Source: Armatimonadota bacterium (lineage in GTDB: Bacteria > Armatimonadota > SYMT01). Taken from it: a DNA stretch of 32,000 bases. The stretch spans positions 179,740-211,739 of the forward strand of contig JAWLHY010000007.1 of assembly GCA_041690135.1 (NCBI GenBank), written 5' to 3'. This document shows positions 24,054 to 32,000 of the stretch, piece by piece. The stretch's first letter is position 1, and each line of letters begins with the position of its first letter. The position numbers and the translations under genes are program-made. The notes beneath the pieces are model-generated. The model did not search any database, was not told where the DNA came from, and saw only the letters and a list, made by a program, of their open reading frames with translations.

Positions 24054-24434
24054 ATGGCAGGTGAAAGCGGCGGTTGGCACACGTTTCAGGTAGAGGGGTT
24101 CGAGGTCCTCGTGGGTAAGGGTGCGCGCGAGAACGACCAGCTCACCTTCAAGGTCGGAAAGCCGAACGACCTCTGGCTCCACGCCGCGGGTTACGCCGGC
24201 AGCCATGTCCTCATCCGCAACCCGGAGCGCCTCTCGCGGATTCCCAAAGAGGTGATCGAGCGGGCCGCGGAGCTGGCCGTCTACCATTCCAAGGCCCGGG
24301 AGGCGCGCGGCAAGATCGAAGTGCATGTCTGCAAAGTCTCGGACGTGCGGAAACCCCCGGGATGGCCTGCCGGCAAGGTGGAGCTGCGCCGGTGGGATAG
24401 TGTCAAGGTCTATCCCAAGCCGCCACCCACTTGA
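24054..24434 (+). CDS. Stand-alone NFACT-R_1 (DUF814) domain protein
   Basis: FEVLVGKGARENDQLTFKVGKPNDLWLHAAGYAGSHVLIRN...AAELAVYHSKAR...VHVCKVSDVRKPPGWPAGKV matches the DUF814 pattern. Confidence 0.7.
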   Translation: MAGESGGWHTFQVEGFEVLVGKGARENDQLTFKVGKPNDLWLHAAGYAGSHVLIRNPERLSRIPKEVIERAAELAVYHSKAREARGKIEVHVCKVSDVRKPPGWPAGKVELRRWDSVKVYPKPPPT

Positions 24435-24435
24435 T

Positions 24436-25752
24436 CTATTCGGTGGCCAGCGCCGGTTTCCGTCCGAGAGTTTCTCGTATGAACTCGGACTCCTGAAACG
24501 GAGCTTCCAGCTCCGTGCCCCGCATCAGGCGCCGCAGCACCGGGGAGAGCGCCACCGTGCTGGCGGTGCACATGACGACGAGCATGCAGTAGACCTCGTC
24601 CGGCACCGCGCCCATCTGCAGTCCCACGTTGGCAGCGACCAGACCCATCAACCCCCGTGCATTCATCATGATGCCCACGCAGGCTGCCTGGCGGGGCTCC
24701 ACGCCGCTTAAGCGGGCGGCCAGGGCTCCCCCGAAGAACTTCCCCACGAACGACGCGGCCACTACTCCCAGTAGGAACAGCCACATCAGCCCCGTTCCCA
24801 GGCGACTCATGTCCGTGTGGAGCCCGGTATAGGTGAAGAAGATCGGCAGGAAGAAGGCCGTAACGAAGTCCCGCAGGCGCTGCGAGACGGCTTCCCGGAA
24901 CGCCTCCTGGTCGTAGAGCGCCGCTCCCAGGACGAAAGCCCCGAAGATCGAGAAGATGCCGATTCGGTTGGTGGCCGCGGCGGAGAGGAAGATCGCCACG
25001 AAGACCAGGGCCAGCGCGTTCAGACTGAGCTGCCCCGTCCGGCGGTCGATAGCGCCGCGGAGCCAGCGGATGGCGACCGGACGGACGACAAAGCCCATAA
25101 AGAGGGTGAAGGCTAGCGTGAGCCCCGCCATCCTCACCGCGAGGAGCGGGTCGAACTGGGCTCCCACGATGGCCGAGACGACTGCCAGAAGGATCCAGCC
25201 TAGCGCGTCATCGATGGCCGCGGCGGTGATGGTGAGCACCCCCAGCGGGGTCCGGTGGATGTTGAACTCGACCATCACCCGGCCCAGAACGGGAATGGCG
25301 GTGATCGAAAGCGCCGTGGCCAGGAAGAGCGAGAAACCTACCGGATGGACCTGCGGGAAGTGGGGTTGCATCCAGTTCCCCAGCAGGAGCCCCAGCCCGA
25401 ACGGAAGCGCGATGCCGCTAAGGGCGACCCACGCTGCGGCCTTGCCGTGCGTCTTCACGTGCCCGAAATCGAACTCCAACCCGATGAGGAACATCAGGAG
25501 GATCAGGCCGAGATGACTCAGGATGTGAATGACCTGGCTGGTGCTGTCGGGGAAGAGTGCCGCGCTGGCTTCCGGAAAGATCCGCCCCAGGAAGGAAGGC
25601 CCGAGGATCAGGCCGGCGATGATCTCTCCGACCACCATCGGGTGCCCCAGGCGTCGTGCGAGGTTGCCGGCCAGCCGCGCGATACCGATGATCACGGCCA
25701 ATTGGACGATGACCAGAAGCAAAAACGCTTCGATTTCGTGAGCTTCACTCAT
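24436..25752 (-). CDS. Cation:proton antiporter (CPA2 / Na+/H+ exchanger family)
   Basis: LARRLGHPMVVGEIIAGLILGPSFLG and roughly 12 hydrophobic helices are typical of the Na_H_Exchanger fold. Confidence 0.9.
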   Translation of the reverse strand: MSEAHEIEAFLLLVIVQLAVIIGIARLAGNLARRLGHPMVVGEIIAGLILGPSFLGRIFPEASAALFPDSTSQVIHILSHLGLILLMFLIGLEFDFGHVKTHGKAAAWVALSGIALPFGLGLLLGNWMQPHFPQVHPVGFSLFLATALSITAIPVLGRVMVEFNIHRTPLGVLTITAAAIDDALGWILLAVVSAIVGAQFDPLLAVRMAGLTLAFTLFMGFVVRPVAIRWLRGAIDRRTGQLSLNALALVFVAIFLSAAATNRIGIFSIFGAFVLGAALYDQEAFREAVSQRLRDFVTAFFLPIFFTYTGLHTDMSRLGTGLMWLFLLGVVAASFVGKFFGGALAARLSGVEPRQAACVGIMMNARGLMGLVAANVGLQMGAVPDEVYCMLVVMCTASTVALSPVLRRLMRGTELEAPFQESEFIRETLGRKPALATE

Positions 25753-25817
25753 GGTCTACCTATGACCCGATATCGCTGCGGGCGACATCCATGATGGGCG
25801 GTGCGAACCCGGCGCGC

Positions 25818-26309
25818 CTACCGCCAGCGGCTCTCATCCGGCTCATGGGGGGCACGCGCTTTTTTGAGCAGTTCCGTCAACAGGCGGAGTTCTTCCGGTT
25901 CCAGATGACCCAGTTGCGCGGCGTGACACTGGCGCACTTCCGCGGCCAACCGGGTGAGGAGTTGGCGTCCGGCGGGCGTGATACCGACCTGAACGGTGCG
26001 CCGGTTCTCCGCCGGCCGTTCGCGGTCGATGAGGCCGCGTTCAGCAAGCTTATCGAGGAGGCGGGTGATGTCGGGCGCCCGCGACACCAACTGGCCGGCC
26101 AGGGTCAGGGTTGGCACGCGCTCCGGATGCGCGGCACGCAATAAACGCAGGGTGTTATATTGCTGTGCCGTCAGGTCGTACTTTCCGAAAAGTTCGTCTT
26201 CCAGCAGACGCAGCCGGTCATACGTGCGCCACAGGTTCAGGAAGGCCTCCTGCTCCGGTGAGTCGAAGCGCTGGAGCCGTTCACCGGCCGTCTCGATCGT
26301 TGCTTGCAT
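25818..26309 (-). CDS. MarR-family transcriptional regulator (65 nt upstream of the antiporter, same strand)
   Basis: LTAQQYNTLRLLRAAHPERVPTLTLAGQLVSRAPDITRLLDKLAERGLIDRERPAENRRTVQVGITPAG is a MarR wHTH. Confidence 0.85.
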   Translation of the reverse strand: MQATIETAGERLQRFDSPEQEAFLNLWRTYDRLRLLEDELFGKYDLTAQQYNTLRLLRAAHPERVPTLTLAGQLVSRAPDITRLLDKLAERGLIDRERPAENRRTVQVGITPAGRQLLTRLAAEVRQCHAAQLGHLEPEELRLLTELLKKARAPHEPDESRWR

Positions 26310-26322
26310 GCCGGAATGATAT

Positions 26323-26336
26323 CTTGTTCGAACAAG
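26323..26336. promoter_or_regulatory. Perfect 14-bp palindrome, putative MarR operator
   Basis: CTTGTTCGAACAAG lies 14 nt upstream of the marR ATG, in the 115-bp marR/MFS divergent intergenic region. Confidence 0.45.
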
Positions 26337-26424
26337 TGTTGTCGAGACGAGCTATCGCCGCTCCAGCACGGCTGCGATAGAATCGGCACGTCACTGGGCT
26401 TGCGGCGCGCACGAACGGGGTGAG

Positions 26425-27714
26425 ATGGAGCAGGCGGTAACGGAAAATGGATCGGCGGAAACGCGCCGCAGCCGGGCTATCGAGGCGTCTCCGGTCTACT
26501 ACGGTTGGGTGATCCTGGCGACGGGAACCCTTGGGATGATCATGACGACGCCGGGGCAGACCGTCGGCGTTTCGGCATTCCTCGACGCTATCATCCGCGA
26601 TCTGGGGATGAGCCGCGTAAGTGTCTCCCTGATGTATACGCTGGGCACGTTGGCCGGCTCTCTCACGATGCCGTTTGTGGGCCGGTGGGTGGACTACCGA
26701 GGTCCCCGGGTCGCGGTGGGCGTGATCGCAGCGCTCTTTGCCCTGGCGTGTGTGGGAATGAGCCGGGTCAACGGCCCGCTGGCGCTGCTGCTCGGTTTCA
26801 TCGCCATCCGGGGCCTGGGCCAGGGCGCGTTGGGACTGGTGAGCCTGCACGTGGTCAATCTCTGGTTCGTGCGCCGGCGTGGCTTTGCGGTGGGCCTCAA
26901 CGGGGTGGGAATGGCGGCGGCCAACGCCACGTTTCCCATTGCCATCCAGGCGCTGATCGCCGCCTACGGTTGGCGGAATACCTACGCGTTGCTGGGCGGG
27001 TTGGTGGCCCTGACCATTCTTCCCCTGGGCCTGGCTTTCTTTCGAGATCGACCGGAACTGTTCGGTCTTCGCCCGGATGGCCACGTTCGTGACTCGGACA
27101 CGCACGAGCCGGTGCGGGAAGAGGAGTGGACGTTGCAAGAAGCCCGGCGCACCGCCATGTTCTGGGTCCTGGTCGTCGGAAGTCTTTTGCCGAGCGCGTT
27201 CGGCACCGGTCTCCTGTTTCACCACTTCTCCATTATGGCGCACAATGGGTTGGATCGCGTCGGCGCGGCGACGGTGTTCATCCCGATTGCGGGGGTGGCG
27301 GCGGCGACCAACCTGGCTTCGGGGATGCTCCTGGATCGCGTCCAGCCCCGGCAGATGCTTTCGGTTTCGTTGTGTCTCCTGACGCTCTGCCTTTTGGCGG
27401 CACCCCGGATCAATAGCCAGGAGATGGCCTGGGCCTACGGAGCCCTCCAGGGGATGATGCAGGGGATGCAGGGAGCCATCGGCGGCACGGCCTGGGCCTA
27501 CTATTTCGGCCGCGCCAATCACGGCGCCATCCGGGGCTTCGTGTTTACCATCCTGGTCGGCGGTTCGGCGCTGGGGCCGCTGCCCTTTGCGTGGGGTGTG
27601 GAAACCTTCGGCAGTTACGCGCCGGTGCTGGGGGTGGCGGCAGTGCTACCCCTACTGGCTGCAATCTGGTCGCTATTTGTTCGAGCCCCAAGCCACACAG
27701 CGGCAGCCCAATAG
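26425..27714 (+). CDS. MFS transporter
   Basis: 12-TM hydrophobic pattern with the loop 2-3 motif GRWVDYRGPR. Confidence 0.9.
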   Translation: MEQAVTENGSAETRRSRAIEASPVYYGWVILATGTLGMIMTTPGQTVGVSAFLDAIIRDLGMSRVSVSLMYTLGTLAGSLTMPFVGRWVDYRGPRVAVGVIAALFALACVGMSRVNGPLALLLGFIAIRGLGQGALGLVSLHVVNLWFVRRRGFAVGLNGVGMAAANATFPIAIQALIAAYGWRNTYALLGGLVALTILPLGLAFFRDRPELFGLRPDGHVRDSDTHEPVREEEWTLQEARRTAMFWVLVVGSLLPSAFGTGLLFHHFSIMAHNGLDRVGAATVFIPIAGVAAATNLASGMLLDRVQPRQMLSVSLCLLTLCLLAAPRINSQEMAWAYGALQGMMQGMQGAIGGTAWAYYFGRANHGAIRGFVFTILVGGSALGPLPFAWGVETFGSYAPVLGVAAVLPLLAAIWSLFVRAPSHTAAAQ

Positions 27715-27802
27715 TGCATTGCCCCCATGCGCCTGTCCTACATACGCTGCATTGGAGTGCCGGGCGCTGCTATTAATGGACGTTCCGGCAGGGAGCAAAT
27801 CG

Positions 27803-28198
27803 ATGACTAACTTGCAGATCGTCCAGCAGATGTATGAGGCCTTCCGGGAACGGGACGCCCAGACGCTCCGCACCCTGTTCCATCCGGATATCGAATGGGT
27901 CCAGAATGCGGGTTTTCCCGGTGGCGGGCGGCATCTGGGCGTCGAGGCCGTGCTGAAGGATGTCTTCGCAAAATTCCGGGTGGAGTGGGAAAGTTGGCAG
28001 GCCGTGGTCGATCGGTGGCTGGACGCGGGGGATGCGGTTGTGGCCCTCGGGGAATACCGGGGTCGTGCCAAAGCGACGGGCCGCGATATGACCGCCGCTT
28101 TCGCCCATGTCTACTGGGTGCGGGAGGGACAGATCATCCGGTTCGAGCAGTACACGGATACGTTGGAGATCGCCCGCGCCCTGCAGACTGCCGGTTGA
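27803..28198 (+). CDS. SnoaL-like / NTF2-fold protein (ketosteroid-isomerase-like)
   Basis: MTNLQIVQQMYEAFRERDAQTLRTLFHPDIEWVQ...VVALGEYRGRAKATGRDMTAAFAHVYWVREGQIIRFEQYTDT has the SnoaL_2 pattern. GGGAG lies 7 nt upstream of the ATG at 27803. Confidence 0.75.
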   Translation: MTNLQIVQQMYEAFRERDAQTLRTLFHPDIEWVQNAGFPGGGRHLGVEAVLKDVFAKFRVEWESWQAVVDRWLDAGDAVVALGEYRGRAKATGRDMTAAFAHVYWVREGQIIRFEQYTDTLEIARALQTAG

Positions 28199-28320
28199 GG
28201 GAGCATTCAGGGTCCGGCACGCCTTGGTGTTTCCAGGTAGCACGTCGGGTGTTCCGACTCCCGATGGATGCGTTCGACCGGAAGTATGAGGCACACCACA
28301 CAGCCGGTTGATGTCAGCCG

Positions 28321-28329
28321 TGGTAGAAT
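28321..28329 (+). promoter_or_regulatory. Extended -10-like element TGGTAGAAT upstream of the second histidine kinase
   Basis: TGnTAGAAT lies about 100 nt upstream of the ATG at 28430, with no convincing -35. Confidence 0.25.
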
Positions 28330-28429
28330 GGGAGCACTTGCCCTCCACTCCACGGCGGGGCTGCTCTGCCGGCACACGCCTGGTTGTTGCTTGGGTCCGA
28401 AGCAGCCTCCCACTTCTGGGTGCCGGACC

Positions 28430-30637
28430 ATGAGCCAGGTTGGCTACACCCCCGGAAAGCGGCCCTTTCCCAGACGCGGCCCGCAGTGGTCGGATCTGTG
28501 GGTGGGTCTGGCGGCACCTTTGGCTGCAGCCCTCATTCCGCTGATAATGCCGTCCTCCGCGAGGGAGGTCCTCGCCCCCTGGCCCTTTCTGCTTGCGGCA
28601 CTCTCGGCCGCAGCGTGGGGCGGTTTCCGTCCCGGTCTGCTCGCCACCGGTCTGGGCGTCGGGCTCTTCCTGGGGGTTGTCGACTCCGGGCTCGGTCCGG
28701 GCCACTCCAAATTCGCGCTACTTCAAGCGGCGTTATTGGGCCTGAGTGGCTTTCTCGCTTCCTGTCTGGGGGAAGTGCTCCAGCGCACGCGTTTGCAGGC
28801 CGGCGAAGTAGCGCAGCAGGCTTTTCGCCATCAATGCGAGCTGGAGTGTGAGGTAGGGGAGCGAAAGCGCGCGGAAGCGGCGCTCCGGGCGAGTGAGGAA
28901 AGCCTACGGATGGCGCTGGAAGCGTCCAGTACCGTCGCCTGGAATTGGGACCTTAAGTCGGGCAGGCTCGAGCACTCCCAAACCAGTCGTCTCGTCCTGG
29001 GTGGCGCGCCGGAGTCCGTGGAACAGTTCGTGGCCCTGATCCATCCGGATGACCGCCAGCGGGTGGAAGAGGCCTTGCTGCGGGTGCTGGATGGCCGGGG
29101 CGCCTACGACGAGGAGTTCCGGATTGTCCGGCCCGACGGCGAAGTGCGGTGGGTCGCGGACGAAGGCAATCTCGTTTACGGACTCGACGGCGAGCCGGAG
29201 CGACTGGTCGGGTGTCTTCGCGACGTCACCGAACAGCACCGGATCCTGGAGGCATTGGCAGATGCGGACCGGCGCAAGGACGAGTTTCTGGCCATGCTCG
29301 CTCACGAGCTCCGCAATCCACTCGCCCCGATCCGAACGGCGGTACGCCTCCTGCAACTGCGGCAGGCCAATGAGGAGCCGGTTCGGCGGCATCTGGACCT
29401 GATCGATCGCCAGGTCGGCAACATGGCGCGCCTGCTCGAGGATCTGCTCGATGTTTCCCGCATAACACGCGGAACGGTCCAACTCAAGCCGGAGCGGGTG
29501 GACCTGCGTCCGGTACTGGCGGAAGCCCTGGAAGTGTGCCAACCACTCCTTCGCCAGCGCCGGCATCACCTCGACGTGAGTTTGCCCGCGGAGCCGGTCT
29601 GGCTCCGTGCCGACCGGCTCCGCCTGGAACAGGTCATCGTCAACCTGGTCAATAACGCCGCCAAGTACACCGATTCCGGTGGAAGTATCACGGTGGAGTT
29701 GGTGGTCCTGGAGCCGGAAACCGTCGTCGGCGACTCCGCGGTTGCGCCTCCTTCAGTTACCTCCGTGGCCGCGGGGCGAACCGCCGAGATCCGTGTGAGG
29801 GACACAGGTCGGGGCATCGCTCCAGAACTGCTGCCGCGGGTATTCGACCTGTTTGTGCAGGGGGAACCGGGCCTCGACCGCAGCCAGGGTGGACTGGGGA
29901 TCGGATTGACGATGGTGCGGAGCCTGGTGGAGATGCATCAGGGTAAGGTGACGGTCGACAGTCCGGGACTGGGGCAGGGAAGTGTGTTCACCGTGTCGCT
30001 GCCCCTGGCGGATGCAGGCAGCCGCGGGTTGGCATCGCAGGGGACGCCGAAAGGGGTGCCGGAGGGGGTGCAGCCATCCTTCTCCCTATCTGCCATCGAC
30101 CCGGACCCGCCCAATCTCGCCCCGGTTTCGCCGTATCCGCACTTGCGGGCCGCGGGTGCGGGTTCCCAGCGCGTGCTGGTCGTGGACGACAACCGGGATG
30201 GGGCCGAGGCGCTCGTCGAGTTGGTGGAGTTGTGGGGCTATGAAGTCCACTCCGTACATGACGGGGCGGCGGCACTGCGCGCGGTCGAGACCTTCCAGCC
30301 AGCCATCGTGATCTGCGACCTGGGAATGCCGGGAATGGATGGATTCGAGGTGGGCCGCCGGCTCCGGAACCGGGTCCCGTCGGCAACGGCCTCGAATCGT
30401 CGCCCGGACCCTCAGGAAGTTGGCGCTCAGGAAGTTGGCGCTCCCGCGGCCGCAAGCAGGGCCGGGAGAGAACTGCCTCTCACGCTCATTGCGGTGACCG
30501 GTTACGGGCGCGAAGAAGACCGGCGGCGCAGCGAGGCAGCCGGGTTCTCTTACCACCTGACGAAGCCGATCGATCCGGAAGAACTGCGGGGATTGCTCAC
30601 CACGATCGCGACCGGGGAGGGGATTGGGCCTCGTTGA
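28430..30637 (+). CDS. Membrane-anchored hybrid sensor histidine kinase (DUF4118-like TM region, PAS, HisKA, HATPase_c, REC with insertion)
   Basis: H-box EFLAMLAHELRNPLAPI; IVNLVNNAAKYT, VRDTGRGI, GGLGIGL; receiver RVLVVDDNRDGAEAL...ICDLGMPGMDG...IAVTGYG...HLTKP. The start is uncertain: I favour the ATG at 28430, while the ORF is open from 28268. Confidence 0.85.
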   Translation: MSQVGYTPGKRPFPRRGPQWSDLWVGLAAPLAAALIPLIMPSSAREVLAPWPFLLAALSAAAWGGFRPGLLATGLGVGLFLGVVDSGLGPGHSKFALLQAALLGLSGFLASCLGEVLQRTRLQAGEVAQQAFRHQCELECEVGERKRAEAALRASEESLRMALEASSTVAWNWDLKSGRLEHSQTSRLVLGGAPESVEQFVALIHPDDRQRVEEALLRVLDGRGAYDEEFRIVRPDGEVRWVADEGNLVYGLDGEPERLVGCLRDVTEQHRILEALADADRRKDEFLAMLAHELRNPLAPIRTAVRLLQLRQANEEPVRRHLDLIDRQVGNMARLLEDLLDVSRITRGTVQLKPERVDLRPVLAEALEVCQPLLRQRRHHLDVSLPAEPVWLRADRLRLEQVIVNLVNNAAKYTDSGGSITVELVVLEPETVVGDSAVAPPSVTSVAAGRTAEIRVRDTGRGIAPELLPRVFDLFVQGEPGLDRSQGGLGIGLTMVRSLVEMHQGKVTVDSPGLGQGSVFTVSLPLADAGSRGLASQGTPKGVPEGVQPSFSLSAIDPDPPNLAPVSPYPHLRAAGAGSQRVLVVDDNRDGAEALVELVELWGYEVHSVHDGAAALRAVETFQPAIVICDLGMPGMDGFEVGRRLRNRVPSATASNRRPDPQEVGAQEVGAPAAASRAGRELPLTLIAVTGYGREEDRRRSEAAGFSYHLTKPIDPEELRGLLTTIATGEGIGPR
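30412..30441 (+). repeat. Perfect 15-bp tandem duplication (TCAGGAAGTTGGCGC x2) inside the receiver-domain coding sequence
   Basis: Read directly from the sequence. It encodes QEVGA-QEVGA within a roughly 30-aa insertion that is absent from the paralogue at 12999-15431. Confidence 0.9.
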
Positions 30638-30711
30638 CGAATTCTTATCAGGTTGGGCCCTCATGCCCCGCCGCGCGTTCCCGCAGATCGCCGTCGATCG
30701 GGATTTCCAAG

Positions 30712-31935
30712 ATGAAGCTATCCACCCCCTCTCGCCTGCTGGTCTTCCTGCCCTTGCTGGGTATCTCTCTGGCTCCCCTCCCCGCCGAAGCCACCCCGCG
30801 TTGGTCGGAAGCACAGGCGAATGCCTGGTACCGCAAGACCGGCTGGCTGGTCGGCGCGAACTACGCTCCCGCCACGGCGATCAACCAGCTCGAAATGTGG
30901 CAGAAGGAGACCTTCGACCTGCCGACCATCGACCGCGAACTGGGATGGGCTCGGAAGCTGGGCTTCAACAGCATGCGGGTCTTCCTGCACGACCTCCTCT
31001 GGAAGCAAGACCCCGAGGGATTCAGCCGCCGCATTGACCAGTTCCTCGAGGTGGCCGACCGGCACAAGATCGGGGTGATGTTCGTGCTGTTCGACAGCGT
31101 GTGGGATCCCCACCCGCACCTGGGTCCGCAGCGCCCACCCACTCCCCATCTCCATAACTCCGGCTGGGTGCAAAGCCCCGGGGTGCCGGTCTTGCGCGAC
31201 CCGAGCCGCCACGACGAACTCAAGGGGTACGTGCAGGGGGTGCTCCGGCGCTTCGGCAAGGACCGGCGCGTGCAGGTGTGGGACCTCTGGAACGAGCCGG
31301 ACAACAACAACGGGAATAGCTACCGCGCGTGGGAGATCGCCAATAAAGGCGACGTGATGCTGCCGTTGCTGAAGAAGGTCTACACCTGGGCGCAAGAAGC
31401 CAATCCGGACCAGCCGTTGACCACGGGCGTGTGGCTGGGGGACTGGTCTTCTCCGGAGAAGTTGAAGGCCTGGGAGCGGTTCCAGCTCGAAGAGTCGGAC
31501 ATCATCACCTACCACGACTATGGCAACGAGGAAAGCCAGCAGCGCCGTATCGGATGGTTGAAGCGTTACAACCGTCCGATCCTTTGCACGGAGTACATGG
31601 CGCGCCCGATGAACAGCACCTTCCAGGCGATCCTGCCGTTGCTGAAAGAGAACCGGGTCGGTGCCTACAACTGGGGCTTTGTGGCCGGAAAGAGCCAGAC
31701 GATCTACCCCTGGGACTCCTGGAATAAGCGCTACACGGCGGAACCACCGGTCTGGTTCCACGACATCTTCCGCACGGACGGGACCCCTTATCGCGAAGAG
31801 GAAGTTAAATTGATCCGCGAGGTCACCGGCGCCGCCGCACAGTCGAGCCGCCGCGTCCCGGTCGCTGTGCCTCGGAAACGGACGGCACTCCGGCGCGCCG
31901 GCACGCGCCCCGTCACGGTGAGTATCACTCGTTGA
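30712..31935 (+). CDS. Secreted clan GH-A (beta/alpha)8 glycoside hydrolase (GH5-like)
   Basis: Signal peptide MKLSTPSRLLVFLPLLGISLAPLPAEA. There is a WNEPDN acid/base motif and a downstream CTEY nucleophile-type motif. NQLEMWQKETFD...RELGWARKLGFNSMRVFLH is typical of this group. Confidence 0.7.
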   Translation: MKLSTPSRLLVFLPLLGISLAPLPAEATPRWSEAQANAWYRKTGWLVGANYAPATAINQLEMWQKETFDLPTIDRELGWARKLGFNSMRVFLHDLLWKQDPEGFSRRIDQFLEVADRHKIGVMFVLFDSVWDPHPHLGPQRPPTPHLHNSGWVQSPGVPVLRDPSRHDELKGYVQGVLRRFGKDRRVQVWDLWNEPDNNNGNSYRAWEIANKGDVMLPLLKKVYTWAQEANPDQPLTTGVWLGDWSSPEKLKAWERFQLEESDIITYHDYGNEESQQRRIGWLKRYNRPILCTEYMARPMNSTFQAILPLLKENRVGAYNWGFVAGKSQTIYPWDSWNKRYTAEPPVWFHDIFRTDGTPYREEEVKLIREVTGAAAQSSRRVPVAVPRKRTALRRAGTRPVTVSITR

Positions 31936-31954
31936 GTTCTCCCGAGGAGCCCGG

Positions 31955-32000
31955 ATGCCGGAGATCGACACGCGTCTGCAGGAGTATCTACCGACCCTTC
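31955..32000 (+). CDS. 5' end of an unidentified gene running off the window
   Basis: ATG at 31955 (MPEIDTRLQEYLPTL...) with GAGGAG 6 nt upstream. It is too short to classify. Confidence 0.3.
   Translation, partial: MPEIDTRLQEYLPTL

Noticed and set aside
311-31971. Many long alternative-frame and antisense ORFs in the track (e.g. 311-898 -, 1009-1911 +, 1136-1993 -, 7187-8077 -, 7387-8712 -, 9326-10561 +, 11236-12453 -, 15075-15980 -, 20120-21211 -, 26281-27522 -, 27773-28705 -, 30718-31971 -).
   Set aside because: Their translations are Arg/Pro/Gly/Ala-rich low-complexity strings with no family resemblance. Each is fully overlapped by an ORF with a clear family signature. Such stop-free shadow frames are expected in GC-rich DNA.

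Overview
GC-rich bacterial chromosomal window. The phylum cannot be assigned from sequence alone; the gene content (sulfatase, clan GH-A glycosidase, hybrid histidine kinases, Uma2 nuclease) would fit a PVC-type or Armatimonadota-like organism, but that is a guess. I support about 35 protein-coding genes, densely packed. I found no rRNA, tRNA, CRISPR array, transposase, integrase or prophage signature. Content is mostly housekeeping and environmental-response genes: infC, a TauE/SafE exporter, an M48 protease, two paralogous PAS hybrid histidine kinases, an SDR, two MarR regulators with palindromic operators, a sulfatase, a HAD-IIA phosphatase, a Pth2-type peptidyl-tRNA hydrolase, a serine/threonine dehydratase, a Uma2 nuclease, a DUF814 protein, a CPA2 antiporter, an MFS transporter and a glycoside hydrolase. 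The most unusual locus is a minus-strand three-gene unit at 4564-6730: DUF4242, then a signal-peptide-less eukaryote-like SBP56 (selenium-binding protein / methanethiol oxidase family), then a small MerF-like membrane protein with a CC-x-x-P motif. It is transcribed divergently from a winged-helix/TPR regulator and closed by a 19-bp perfect hairpin. I read it as a candidate uncharacterised metal(loid)/chalcogen-handling module. Other notable points are a frameshifted amidohydrolase at a G-run, a probable non-canonical AUC start for an orphan infC, an N-terminally anchored protein with YadA-head-like repeats, and a palindromic -10 box shared by two divergent, possibly leaderless genes. I also note a 15-bp tandem duplication inside a receiver domain and several long GC-rich hairpins that act as likely U-tract-less terminators. 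No classic defence or mobile system is evident, so all functional links are inferences that need database and experimental checks.
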